Assembly (NCBI GenBank): GCA_029786595.1
Contig: JAFLXO010000001.1
Location: 1,332 to 65,331, forward strand
DNA from: Nitrososphaerota archaeon
GTDB lineage: Archaea > Thermoproteota > Nitrososphaeria > Conexivisphaerales > UBA164
Direction of reading: 5' to 3'
Length of the DNA stretch: 64,000 bases
Shown: piece after piece, positions 9,015 through 18,307 of the stretch
Layout: each line of letters starts with the position of its first letter
How positions within the stretch are numbered: position 1 is the stretch's first letter
Notes under the pieces: model-generated
What the model was told of the DNA's origin: nothing
Seen by the model: only the letters and a program-made list of their open reading frames with translations
The model's database searches: none
Program-made: the position numbers and the translations under genes

Positions 9015-9973
9015 TTCTGGTCAGACGGTTTACGCGCTTTAGCCTTTGGTTTACCCCTTGGTTTAGCCCTGGACCTGGGTGCGGTGGCAGATTTTTCATC
9101 TTCCGCAGCCTTGCCCTCTACCTTGATTTCTGGAGATGCTTCCTGAGCTTTAGCCTCAGCCTTTGGCTTTTCCTTAGCCCTGGCCCTTGGCTTTGCAGCT
9201 GCGGCCTTTTTCATTGCCCTGGCCCTGGGCTTCGCTTTGGCCTTTGGTGCCTCTATGGGCGCCGCTGCAGGCGTTTCCGCCGTCAACTGCTCGGCGGCTG
9301 ATGGGAGCTCAGCTGGTGCTGCGGCTTCAACTGGGGCTGGTGCTGCCACTGCAACTGGGGCTGGTGCTGTCACTGGAGCAGGCGCTGCCACTGGAGCTTC
9401 GGTCACCGTCGGCTCCGGCTTGGCCACACTCACCTTTTCCTTAACTTCGATTTTAACCTTGGGAGCCGCCTTCCTTTCCTCCTCCCTGCTCGCTGTCCCT
9501 ATGATGGTCCTCACCGGAAGCTTGATCCTGGCAGCTTCAAGGGCGGCCCTGCCCTTAGGAAGGTCCGTATCCCTGACCCTCACTTCTAGGATGGTTGAAC
9601 CGTTCTCAACCCTGGCGGCCAGCCCGACCGGCTTGCCGAAGGCCCGTCTCATGCCTTCCGAGAGGCGGTCCGCACCGGCCGTCGCGACCATCTTATTTTC
9701 CCTGAGCACTACGTGAGGGTAGCTTACCACCCTCAGGTGATAGTTCGGCTCTCCAAGGGGCTCAAGTATCTTGTTGGCAGCGACCCTGGCGGACTCAAGG
9801 GCGTTGTGCCTGATCTGCGCCCTATCCTTGGACTTGAGCGTCAGAAGATAACCATAATTTTCAACCAGCCCCCCCTGTGAAAAGCGGGCCACTCGCGGCT
9901 GAGGAGCCCCGGCTATATACTCCCTCCGTACGTAGGGCATCCCCTTTACTTCCCTATAATTTCTTCCTTTCAA
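9011..9973 (-). CDS. rpl10e: 50S ribosomal protein uL16 (L10e) with long low-complexity C-terminal extension
   Basis: QIRHNALESARVAANK and LRENKMVATAGADRLSEGMRRAFGKP; TTG start at (M)KGRNYR. Confidence 0.93.
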   Translation of the reverse strand: MKGRNYREVKGMPYVRREYIAGAPQPRVARFSQGGLVENYGYLLTLKSKDRAQIRHNALESARVAANKILEPLGEPNYHLRVVSYPHVVLRENKMVATAGADRLSEGMRRAFGKPVGLAARVENGSTILEVRVRDTDLPKGRAALEAARIKLPVRTIIGTASREEERKAAPKVKIEVKEKVSVAKPEPTVTEAPVAAPAPVTAPAPVAVAAPAPVEAAAPAELPSAAEQLTAETPAAAPIEAPKAKAKPRARAMKKAAAAKPRARAKEKPKAEAKAQEASPEIKVEGKAAEDEKSATAPRSRAKPRGKPKAKARKPSDQK

Positions 9974-9977
9974 ACCA

Positions 9978-10727
9978 TCATCCTCTATAATCGGAGGTTT
10001 TAAAAAGATTTGCCTGCCTTCCTTCGGCTCCCCTGGCAAGCGCTATCCTTGTCCTTCTGAGGAAGCCGAGCAGCGTTACAAGGTCCTCCTCCGTCGTAAT
10101 ATAATCCACGGTTATGCCCTTGATGAGCTTCAGCGTCCTTTTCTTCCTTTCTTCGGAAAGGTCAATGCCGTCGGCCACAGCTCCTGCATACTCCAGGGCC
10201 GCGTTCCTTTCCTCCGTTCTGATCCTGGACCTCCTCCTGGAGGCCGGAGTCCCCTTCCAAAGGTAAAGGAGTATGGCCAGGGCGTGTGAGATGTTCAGGG
10301 TCGGATATGCCCTTGACGCCGGTATGGAAATGACATAATCGCACGCTGAAAGCTCCCTGTTGTTCAGCCCGGATACGTCCCTGCCAAGGATCAAAAGCGC
10401 CCTTTTGAACATCCTCGCCCTGCTGAAAGCCGCTTCGGGCGTCATGGCGCGCCTGTTGACGTTCTTTGAGCTGGCGCTGGGCCTGGCGGTGGTCGCCATC
10501 CTCAGGTCAAACTTGGCCACCTCCTCATCGAAGTTTCCCAGGACGGCGTTCTTCACAATCCCCTTAGCGTGGGCTGAAAATTTATATGCGTCCTCCGGAA
10601 GTTCGCTCAGGCCAGTCACTATCAGCTTATCAATTCCGAAGTTCATCATGGTCCTGGCCACATAGCCTATGTTAAGGCCGTACTTGGGCTCAACCATCAT
10701 AACCGAAAGTTCAGTCAATAAGGTCAC
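9978..10727 (-). CDS. trmJ: SpoU/TrmJ-family RNA methyltransferase
   Basis: VEPKYGLNIGYVARTMMNFG, GRDVSGLNNREL, YPTLNISHA. Confidence 0.85.
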   Translation of the reverse strand: MTLLTELSVMMVEPKYGLNIGYVARTMMNFGIDKLIVTGLSELPEDAYKFSAHAKGIVKNAVLGNFDEEVAKFDLRMATTARPSASSKNVNRRAMTPEAAFSRARMFKRALLILGRDVSGLNNRELSACDYVISIPASRAYPTLNISHALAILLYLWKGTPASRRRSRIRTEERNAALEYAGAVADGIDLSEERKKRTLKLIKGITVDYITTEEDLVTLLGFLRRTRIALARGAEGRQANLFKTSDYRG

Positions 10728-10785
10728 CGTTCATCGCGTACATGCCTGAATATATAGGAGTTTTGAGGCCTGGACCCCTAACGCA

Positions 10786-10858
10786 TAGCCCGGGGCGGAT
10801 TCGAACCGCCGTCCCCGGCTCCAAAGGCCGAGATGCTTGGCCTCTACACCACCGGGCT
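10786..10858 (-). tRNA. tRNA-Gln(TTG)
   Basis: Cloverleaf AGCCCGG/CCGGGCT; anticodon arm TCGGC-CTTTGGA-GCCGG; TTCGAAT T-loop. Confidence 0.96.
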
Positions 10859-10962
10859 GAGTCATCCAGCGATGCGACCGAGTTATAAGTTTTTAGACGC
10901 CGGCCGCAGCTGAGCCGGCTGGCGCATATATTTATTAGCGATTACTGTGATACCGGTGTACA

Positions 10963-12051
10963 ATGCGACAGCCTATTCTGATGATTCCGGGCCCGACCAA
11001 TCTGGACAGGAGTGTGCTGGAGGCCCTTGCCCTGCCGGCCATAGGGCACACCAGCGGCGAGTTCTATGATGAATTTGGTGAGCTTCTGGCCCTCGCCGCA
11101 GGCGCGTTCATGGCAAAAAAGGAACAGATGGTGGTCATAACGGGGTCCGGCACGTTCGGAATGGAGGCCGGCATCGCCACCTTTCTGGGCAATGGCAAGA
11201 AGGTCCTGGCCATAGTCAATGGGTTCTTTGGGGAGAGGTTCGCGCAGATAGCCGAAATATACGGGTCCAGGGTGAGGAGGCTGAACGTGGCCGATGGACG
11301 AAGCGCTGGTGAGGACGAGCTCGCCAAGGCCCTGTCAGAGGATGATTATGAAGCCGTGCTCATGGTGCACTCCGAAACCAGCAACGGCGTGCTTAACGAT
11401 GTCAGCGCCCTCGCCAGGGTGGCCAGGGAAAGGGGCGTATACACCTTCGTGGACGCGGTGTCAAGCCTCGGCGGCGTCAAGCTCGACTTCGGTTCCGGGC
11501 TCTACGATTTCGTGTTCGCCTCTTCACAGAAGTGCCTGGCCGCGCCGCCCGGTGCGGCGCTCATAGCAATTTCCGATGAGCTCAGGTCCGTGATCAGGCC
11601 CGGCGCCGTAAGGTCGTATTACTTCGATCTCGGGAGGTGGGTGGACATAATGAAGGACCCAAAGATATACCTCACCACGCCGGCCATCCCCAACTTCCGG
11701 GCCCTCCGGGTGGCCCTGAAGAACCTCGCCAACGAAGGGGTGGAACGGCGCTGGGAGAGGCACTCCCTGCTGGGGAGGACCGCATGGCGCTTCTCCGATG
11801 ACACGGGGATCAGGCTGCTGGCCAGGGACAGGTCGCCAACGGTCAGCGCCTTCCACGTAGGGAAGGGAGCCCCCGCTATCAAGGAGAGGATACTGAAGGA
11901 CCATGGCATACTGGTAGCGACGGGCATAGGAGGGGATAGGGACAGCGTCATAAGGATAGGCCATCTGGGGCTGACCGACAAACGGCTGATGGATGAAACG
12001 CTGGCCGCGTTCTCGGAGGCCCTACGTTCCGTTGCCGGCTCCTCCCCTTGA
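10963..12051 (+). CDS. Class V PLP aminotransferase (alanine-glyoxylate/serine-pyruvate type)
   Basis: LMIPGPT, HSETSNG, VDAVSS, SSQKCLAAPPG, IRIGHLG. Confidence 0.92.
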   Translation: MRQPILMIPGPTNLDRSVLEALALPAIGHTSGEFYDEFGELLALAAGAFMAKKEQMVVITGSGTFGMEAGIATFLGNGKKVLAIVNGFFGERFAQIAEIYGSRVRRLNVADGRSAGEDELAKALSEDDYEAVLMVHSETSNGVLNDVSALARVARERGVYTFVDAVSSLGGVKLDFGSGLYDFVFASSQKCLAAPPGAALIAISDELRSVIRPGAVRSYYFDLGRWVDIMKDPKIYLTTPAIPNFRALRVALKNLANEGVERRWERHSLLGRTAWRFSDDTGIRLLARDRSPTVSAFHVGKGAPAIKERILKDHGILVATGIGGDRDSVIRIGHLGLTDKRLMDETLAAFSEALRSVAGSSP

Positions 12052-12525
12052 GCGGAGCACGTCCGGCGCCAGCCTTTCCGCCGCCTTCCAGAAGCGGTCA
12101 CCTATGTAATGCTCATTGAATATGGCCGCCCCGCTTTTCATGGCCAGCAGGGCATCCGAGCCATCAATGAGCGTCCCCACCGATATCCCCTTGCCGAACT
12201 TCTCATCGGAGACTATGACGATGGTGCCCTTGGCCAGGCCAGGAGGCATCCCCCTTATCCCAGGCCTCATGACCTTAGCCCCGTTTATGATCGACTTGAT
12301 GGCGCCCATATCGACGCTGACCCGCGGGAAGGACCTTAAAAGCTCCAGGTCGCCAAGGAACGGAAAAACGCCTCGTTCGTTCCTCACTATCATGAGGTCG
12401 TCAAGGTACAGTTTACCCCTGTCCAGCAGCAGCACCCGTCGGGGCTTGACGCTCAGCCCCCATTTCGCCATGATCAGGTTCGAAAATTCCCTGACCTCGC
12501 GGTTGTCGAGGAACCTTATGTCCAC
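12022..12525 (-). CDS. PUA-domain RNA-binding protein (MCT-1/DUF1947-like)
   Basis: VDMGAIKSIINGAKVMRPGI...HYIGDRFW. Confidence 0.88.
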   Translation of the reverse strand: MDIRFLDNREVREFSNLIMAKWGLSVKPRRVLLLDRGKLYLDDLMIVRNERGVFPFLGDLELLRSFPRVSVDMGAIKSIINGAKVMRPGIRGMPPGLAKGTIVIVSDEKFGKGISVGTLIDGSDALLAMKSGAAIFNEHYIGDRFWKAAERLAPDVLRSRGGAGNGT

Positions 12526-12596
12526 AGGGTGGGGGTGGCTGTTCCGGAATAAATATTTATTTATGGCGGCCCGCGGTGTAAGGGAGGGAACGAGCG

Positions 12597-12827
12597 ATGT
12601 CGGCTGATATGACGCTAAAAATGCTGTCTGATAGCTTGAGCAAGGTCGTACTCATAAGGTTGAAGGGCAACAAGAAGATAAGGGGCCATCTACAGGGCTT
12701 CGATCAACACATGAACCTTCTGCTTTCTGAAACCGCTGAGCTTGAAGAGGATGGATCGATGAAGGAACTGGGAGTAGTAGTGGTAAGGGGGGACAACGTG
12801 ATACTGGTCTCGCCCCTCAGCAATTAG
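12597..12827 (+). CDS. Sm-like archaeal protein (SmAP/Lsm)
   Basis: Sm1 GHLQGFDQHMNLLL and Sm2 VVRGDNVILVSP; directly upstream of L37e. Confidence 0.95.
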   Translation: MSADMTLKMLSDSLSKVVLIRLKGNKKIRGHLQGFDQHMNLLLSETAELEEDGSMKELGVVVVRGDNVILVSPLSN

Positions 12828-12839
12828 AGGTGACTGAGA

Positions 12840-13004
12840 TTGAAAGGAACAACAAGCATGGGGACGAAGAAGAGAAAACAGGTCCACATACTGTGCAGAA
12901 GGTGCGGTAGGAAATCCTATAACGTAATCAAGAAGAGGTGTTCCCACTGCGGCTTCGGGCGGTCCAGCAAGCTGAGGAAGTACGCGTGGATAAGGAGGAT
13001 CTGA
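12840..13004 (+). CDS. rpl37e: 50S ribosomal protein eL37 (L37e)
   Basis: TTG start; (M)KGTTSMG..HILCRRCGRKSY..KKRCSHCGFG..KLRKYAW. Not in the ORF track. Confidence 0.95.
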   Translation: MKGTTSMGTKKRKQVHILCRRCGRKSYNVIKKRCSHCGFGRSSKLRKYAWIRRI

Positions 13005-13073
13005 TCGCCGTTTTCGGGCAAGCCTGAATTCGATTAGCAAAGTTTATCTATATATCGGCCGAAAAAGGGAATC

Positions 13074-13688
13074 ATGACCGTTGGCGATCTATACATCATA
13101 GTGGCCTTACTGGTCGCGATCGTGGTCGCAGCTGCGGGCCTTGTAGTGTACTTCGCCAGGGCTCGGAACCGCTTGATGGACCCCCTCAGGAGCATAGGGA
13201 TAGGCGGCGGCATCACTTCGATGTCCCGAATGGGGAGCGGCGATGCGAAGAAGGACCTTAAGGTTCTCAAGTTCCAGCGCGACCTCGTGGGGGACGCTGT
13301 ATTGAGGGTATACGAGGCCAGCTTCATAAACAAGGAGGACAAGGACTACCTACTCGCCAAGTACAAGGCGGAGCTTAAGGACCTTGATAAGAAGATAGCG
13401 GAATACACGGCCATAGTGGACATATCGGAGCTGGAGAACGCCAAGGAGGAGATCATGAGGCTCATGCAGGTAAAGGTATCCCAGATCGACAAGAAGCTTG
13501 AAGAGCTCAAGAAGGAGTACAGGGTTGAAACTCCAAAGCCTGAGATACACGTCGAGCGAAAGGAACCTGCCACTGGCACGGAGGAGAAGGCCAGCAAGCG
13601 GAAGCCTCAGGAGGAGGACAAGTTCACCAAGCTCTATGACGAGGTTAACGACGTGCTGGAAAAGCTCGAGCAGATAGACGTCAGTTAG
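13074..13688 (+). CDS. Membrane-anchored coiled-coil hypothetical protein
   Basis: N-terminal transmembrane helix followed by charged heptads. Confidence 0.75.
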   Translation: MTVGDLYIIVALLVAIVVAAAGLVVYFARARNRLMDPLRSIGIGGGITSMSRMGSGDAKKDLKVLKFQRDLVGDAVLRVYEASFINKEDKDYLLAKYKAELKDLDKKIAEYTAIVDISELENAKEEIMRLMQVKVSQIDKKLEELKKEYRVETPKPEIHVERKEPATGTEEKASKRKPQEEDKFTKLYDEVNDVLEKLEQIDVS

Positions 13689-13761
13689 GCGGCCCCGCCC
13701 TTCATGGATAAATCATGGAATTTAAATAATGGCAACTTTCTGGAAGTACTAGGTGTGCTAA

Positions 13762-14181
13762 TTGGGGGAGATTTCCGTCGAGACGTCCATAGACCGGGTA
13801 AGGGAGTTCCTTATTCTTTCGACCTGTAGGTCGTTTATACCAAGGCAGTTCTATTACGACAGAAGGGTATTCCCCGAAAGGGAGCTTGACAAGGGCTCCA
13901 TTTACGTCGAGGCAGAGGACAAGGCAACGCTTGACAAGATAAGGGATATCAGCTTCGTAATCACAAAAGAAGTGCTTGGGATAATATATGAATCAAAGAG
14001 CGGCAACACAAAGCTGAAGTGGAGGCAGCTGAAGGAGGGGTACGGGAAGCTGACCGGCACGGCCTCCGGGAACTCGCTTACCAACCTGATAGAGGCCGGC
14101 ATAATAAGCAGGTCTTACGTTGAAGCCGAGGCTTCAAAGCAAGCTGAGGGGGGAGAAGCGGGGACGGAAGGAAAAGCTTAA
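13762..14181 (+). CDS. Hypothetical protein
   Basis: 139-aa ORF with TTG start after a GGTG SD-like motif. Confidence 0.75.
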   Translation: MGEISVETSIDRVREFLILSTCRSFIPRQFYYDRRVFPERELDKGSIYVEAEDKATLDKIRDISFVITKEVLGIIYESKSGNTKLKWRQLKEGYGKLTGTASGNSLTNLIEAGIISRSYVEAEASKQAEGGEAGTEGKA

Positions 14182-14211
14182 TAGTCATATTCCAAAAAGC
14201 TGGCCAAGCAA

Positions 14212-14284
14212 GCCCTGGTAGTATAGAGGCCCAGTATGCGGCGCTGTCACCGCCGTGACCCGGGTTCGAATCCCGGCCAGGGCG
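14212..14284 (+). tRNA. tRNA-Asp(GTC); integration target
   Basis: GCCCTGG/CCAGGGC acceptor stem; CGGCG-CTGTCAC-CGCCG anticodon arm; TTCGAAT. Confidence 0.96.
14272..14284 (+). repeat. attL (CCCGGCCAGGGCG)
   Basis: Identical to 17965-17977. Confidence 0.9.
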
Positions 14285-14299
14285 ATCCTCACGTTGGGT

Positions 14300-15170
14300 A
14301 TGGTGCCCAAAGTTGCTTTAATCAATGGGGAAAAGAAAGTGGACATTCATAACTATGAAACAGCCCTAAAGAGTACTTACAGGAGACTTGAAACGGCAAA
14401 GATTAACGAACAAAACAGGAACGACATAAGGGAATTTGGCAGGCTGGCTGAAAGCATGGGGCTTAACAAAGGGCGTGTGTCCAAGTTTGTTTACAGCATG
14501 ACCACGCTGGCCAGGCAGGCAAATAAACCATTCAGGGAAATGACCAGGAAAGATGCTGAAAGCCTCATGATATGGCTTAACGACAATCCCACGTATAGCC
14601 CGGCCACAAAAAGCGACATGAAAAAGATATTCAAACGGTTTATGAAATGAGTTAAGACCGGCTCGCTTGAAAGGGACGTGCCTTTTTCCCCAGAGGTCTC
14701 ATGGATCCATACTGAAATAAAGGCAAATGAAAGGAAACAGATTGATATGCTAACCGATGATGAAATCGAAAGAATGATCAAAGCTGCCATAAACATAAGG
14801 GACAAAGCTTTCATAGCTGTATTGGCTGAAGGTGGGTTCAGGATTGGAGAGATCCTGCCGGCAAAGATCAAGGATGTAGTATTTGATGAAAGAGGAGCAA
14901 TAATTCATGTAACAGGTAAGACCGGCCCAAGGATTGTAAGGCTGATTACTTCAGCGCAATGCTTTCAAGGTGAATTGAGGAGCACCCCAGGGCAAACAAC
15001 CCTGATTCATTTCTGTGGCCAAGCCTTTCCCCTAACCGCAAAAATATTGATGAACCGTTAAGTTATCAGAAGGCGCAGGTTATCTTGAAAAGGATAGCCA
15101 GGTCTGCCGGGATCACAAAGCGCATATATCCCCATTTATTCAGGCACTCGGCAGCAACCAGGGACTCAAG
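14300..15170 (+). pseudogene. Tyrosine recombinase/integrase pseudogene
   Basis: RDKAFIAVLAEGGFRIGE, GKTG.R, YPHLFRHSAAT; TGA at 14648 and 14971; frameshift near 14957; truncated before the catalytic Tyr. Confidence 0.9.
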
Positions 15171-15176
15171 CATAGC

Positions 15177-15443
15177 ATACAGAGTTCCCTTCCTGGCACT
15201 AGGACGATTCCAATTAGTTGGCTTAAGTCCAATAGCTTACTTTTGGATAAGCATGAGCAAGAGATTAATCAAATCTTAGGCGATAACAAACGCTTCAGGA
15301 TAACTTCGCGCGAAGTGCAGATTGTGATTAAAGAAGTCAGCGACATTCAGCCATCAGACCTGCACGACCATTTCATTTTTAAATTGATTAGACATAAAGT
15401 TTTGGCATCGACTATGTTTTGGGTATTTGAAACAACCCTTTAA
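15177..15443 (+). pseudogene. 3' fragment of an unknown gene at an apparent deletion junction
   Basis: Open frame without a convincing start, beginning where integrase similarity ends. Confidence 0.4.
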
Positions 15444-15577
15444 AATATAACAATATAATATTCAGGGACGTCATTAAGGCGTTTAAATTATAGTATTGTT
15501 TGACTTAAACTAGGTTTATTTATTTGATGCATTAGTATGCAGAACGTTTATATTTATGCAAATTTATTAAAATTTAT

Positions 15578-16147
15578 ATGTTTAGCTCCAGCAACCAATC
15601 GTCGTTGTTTGAATCTGTGGCAAATTTGATTGAGAATGCATGGCAACCTAAGTGGGATTTGCAAGAAGAACGACAATACAGGGATGATTTAATGAGTTTT
15701 TTGAATAATCACCTTAAGAAGACCCACACTATCAAGCCCGAAGATGGAAGGGCATTAGCTGATATTGGAATTGATGATGAAATAGCAATTGAGCTTAAGC
15801 TCAATCTGAAAGGTAAGAGTAAAGTAGATAGATTACTTGGGCAGGTAGTACGTTATCTGAAAGGTAAGAAAAGTTATGATGGAGTTATTATTGTCTTGCT
15901 TGATAAAGAAAACTCGCCGGATGTTATAAACATGAATGTTAGAGACATTAGAAAGTACGTGCAAGAACTGATGCCATATGAAAAGCCAGATCCAATATTG
16001 GGTAGCTTTCGTAAAGTTCAATCAAAGAAGATCAAAATAATAACCAAGTCACCAGGTCAAGTCACCAAGTCAAGAACCAATAATAATTATGATAATAATA
16101 GCTTGATTTCACAAGCAAGAAGACTTGATGAAAAATTAGGATGGTAG
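15578..16147 (+). CDS. PD-(D/E)XK-fold nuclease-like protein
   Basis: E.QYRDDL...ADIGIDDEIAIELK...DRLLGQVVRY; AT-rich promoter upstream. Confidence 0.7.
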   Translation: MFSSSNQSSLFESVANLIENAWQPKWDLQEERQYRDDLMSFLNNHLKKTHTIKPEDGRALADIGIDDEIAIELKLNLKGKSKVDRLLGQVVRYLKGKKSYDGVIIVLLDKENSPDVINMNVRDIRKYVQELMPYEKPDPILGSFRKVQSKKIKIITKSPGQVTKSRTNNNYDNNSLISQARRLDEKLGW

Positions 16148-16351
16148 CTATAAAATTGGCAAAGTGAAAGCCTAAACGCGGCGTCTGGGAAGAGAATATT
16201 GATGCCCTATTTGGAGTGGCTAATTCACGGTACAGAAACCGCAATGGTACATATGCCAAAGACCCCTTTAAGCGTATGGAAGACATTACAGGAATACACC
16301 TAAAGAAAAAAAGGAATTAAATATAATTTAACAATGTTGCTTTATATGTAT

Positions 16352-17110
16352 ATGGAGCATAATATTCCAGGCGATAATAACGAGCAAAAGCATAAGAAGG
16401 GTTATTATGATGAAACGATCCCATTAGGAGATCCAAGGGAGCTGCAAACTTATACGATCTACAGGGTTTCGCTGCGCACAATCAGGAAGGTAAAGGCGTT
16501 AAAACAGAAGCTGGGGTTCAAAACAGTTTAAGCCGTGATCGCCTACTTGGTTAATACGATTGAAAGGGAGGGGGTTGTGCCCATAGCAAACTATGAGCAA
16601 GCATTCATAAAGTCCGGCAGCAGACCGGTCATAATCGCCGGTGAAAGCGGTTCAGGCAAGACCACAACGGTGAAGTCATTGTTGAATACCTTTATGAATC
16701 CAAAGACAGGGCCGGCTGCACCAAACATGGGACCAAGAAATGCCTTTATCCTTGACGTGGACGACGAATACCAAGAATTCAAGCGGATTGACCTGGGCAA
16801 GTTCTTTGACATAGACGGGGCAAACGCCAATGGATTGAGGATTCGCTTTGTACCAAATTCAAACGTTGAAATATCCAGGGCAGAGGCAGCCACTCTGTTT
16901 TCGCATCTGAACTTTATCAAGAATTCAGGGGCTTTACAGAACTGGGTCATAGTTGTAGAAGAGGGGCACCGTTTCAAGGACGACACAAATTTAAGGGCTT
17001 TGCTGATTGAAGCAAGAAAGTTTGTGCGAAAGCTGATCATCATAACTACCGACTGGCGCACTTATGAAGGGATAACTTTGGCTTTAAAGCCGGCACTTTT
17101 TAATCAATAA
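16352..17110 (+). pseudogene. RHH-like domain fused to a HerA/FtsK-like P-loop ATPase, interrupted by in-frame TAA
   Basis: ...LGFKTV*AVIAYLVN... in one frame (TAA 16529-16531); Walker A GESGSGKT; Walker B VIVVEEGH; EARK motif. Confidence 0.7.
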
Positions 17111-17127
17111 AAAAATAATTAATTAAT

Positions 17128-17274
17128 TTATTCGTTATTAAGCGCTGTAGTTCCTATGATCTCTTCGCTGACAAAGAATGTTGCGTACTTCAGCTTCTCC
17201 TTTAGCTCTGCTATTTCTTTATCCTTTGCAGCCAGCTCTGCCTTAAGATTGTTTATCTGATCTTTTGGGTTCAT
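17128..17274 (-). CDS. Coiled-coil microprotein 3 (48 aa)
   Basis: MNPKDQINNLKAELAAKDKEIAELKEKLKYATFFVSEEIIGTTALNNE*; ATGA overlap with the upstream gene. Confidence 0.75.
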   Translation of the reverse strand: MNPKDQINNLKAELAAKDKEIAELKEKLKYATFFVSEEIIGTTALNNE

Positions 17275-17447
17275 TGATCACCCGCCTCTTTATCGCTTTC
17301 AACGACGCCAGCCCCATAATAGTTTATTTCAAACGTGTGCATATGCCTGATCTTGGCCCTGATGTCCTCTATTTTCTGATCTTTGGCCCTGATCTGATCT
17401 TTCAATTCCTGGTTTTCCTTTTTCAGTCTAGATAGTTCGTCACTCAT
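17271..17447 (-). CDS. Coiled-coil microprotein 2 (58 aa)
   Basis: MSDELSRLKKENQELKDQIRAKDQKIEDIRAKIRHMHTFEINYYGAGVVESDKEAGDQ*; ATGA overlaps on both sides. Confidence 0.75.
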   Translation of the reverse strand: MSDELSRLKKENQELKDQIRAKDQKIEDIRAKIRHMHTFEINYYGAGVVESDKEAGDQ

Positions 17448-17680
17448 TGACCCTCCAGCTCCGTTTCGCCTATCACTTCTTCATCAATGGGAATGAGCGC
17501 GTGCTTCAGTTTCTCTTTAAGCATGGCATTTTCCTTTCTCAACCTTCTATTCTCTGCTTTGAGCGTTTCGCAACAGTTATCTGGCTCATACTCAAGCTTG
17601 CTGATACCCAGCATTGTTTCTTTAATGGCTATTTTGCCGGGCGTGTGCTGAATAGGCGCCGTATTTTCATTATCTTTCAT
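17444..17680 (-). CDS. Coiled-coil protein 1 (78 aa)
   Basis: LKAENRRLRKENAMLKEKLKHALIPIDEEVIGETEL; ATGA overlap; GGAGGTGA SD. Confidence 0.75.
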   Translation of the reverse strand: MKDNENTAPIQHTPGKIAIKETMLGISKLEYEPDNCCETLKAENRRLRKENAMLKEKLKHALIPIDEEVIGETELEGQ

Positions 17681-17859
17681 AATTTATCACCTCCCTCTGG
17701 TCTCAATAACCGCGCCACTTCGTCTTCAGGGATCCTTATTGTCCCGCTTGGCAGCTTGACGGCCTTGATTTGCCCTTTATAGATCATACGCCGTATGGTA
17801 CTCTGGCTCACATTCAGCATTATGGAGATTTCCTTTACCGTGTATAATCTGCCTGTCAT
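17677..17859 (-). CDS. Excisionase-like (MerR-type HTH) DNA-binding protein
   Basis: LYTVKEISIMLNVSQSTIRRMIYKGQIKAVKLPSGTIRIPEDEV. Confidence 0.88.
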   Translation of the reverse strand: MTGRLYTVKEISIMLNVSQSTIRRMIYKGQIKAVKLPSGTIRIPEDEVARLLRPEGGDKL

Positions 17860-17964
17860 TATGATTATAAAGCAGGAATTGCATAAACCTGCATAGACTT
17901 GCATTATTTGAACATTAAAATACAGTTGTTTAAAGTCAGGGATTTAGACCTGTAAAGCTTATAA

Positions 17965-17977
17965 CCCGGCCAGGGCG
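17965..17977 (+). repeat. attR (CCCGGCCAGGGCG, followed by CCA)
   Basis: Duplicates the tRNA-Asp 3' end. Confidence 0.9.
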
Positions 17978-18307
17978 CCATCAGGATTTTTGAAGAGGGC
18001 CGTGGAACTTTGAAGCCTTACTGTAGATGCGCCGGCCTCCCTGGCAAATAACATTTGGATGCCATTTATGGAATGGTGATGGCCAAGCGTGAACTTATGC
18101 CTGTGGGGATGCCGTTCACAGGCCATAAGACGGATGCTGGCCATGCGTCGTTGTAACTGGAAACAATTCGTACGCCGGCAGGGCTGATAGCCCCAAGGAG
18201 CTCATACGCTACAACGAGGGTGGATGCCACAACTGCTTTGACGGCATTACCATATTCATAAAACGGCAGAGAGCATATTTTGAATTTCGGAATTTGTGCG
18301 TGCCGAC

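Larger units (their letters stand above)
14272..17977. mobile_element. Decaying integrated element (plasmid/provirus remnant) at tRNA-Asp
   Basis: 13-bp direct repeat of the tRNA 3' end at both borders; integrase at left, excisionase-like gene at right; visibly AT-richer than the flanks. Confidence 0.9.

Noticed and set aside
14255-14299. Integrase ORF starting inside tRNA-Asp (SSV-type split integrase)
   Set aside because: ATG 14300 is a plausible start outside the tRNA, and no N-terminal integrase fragment is seen at attR.
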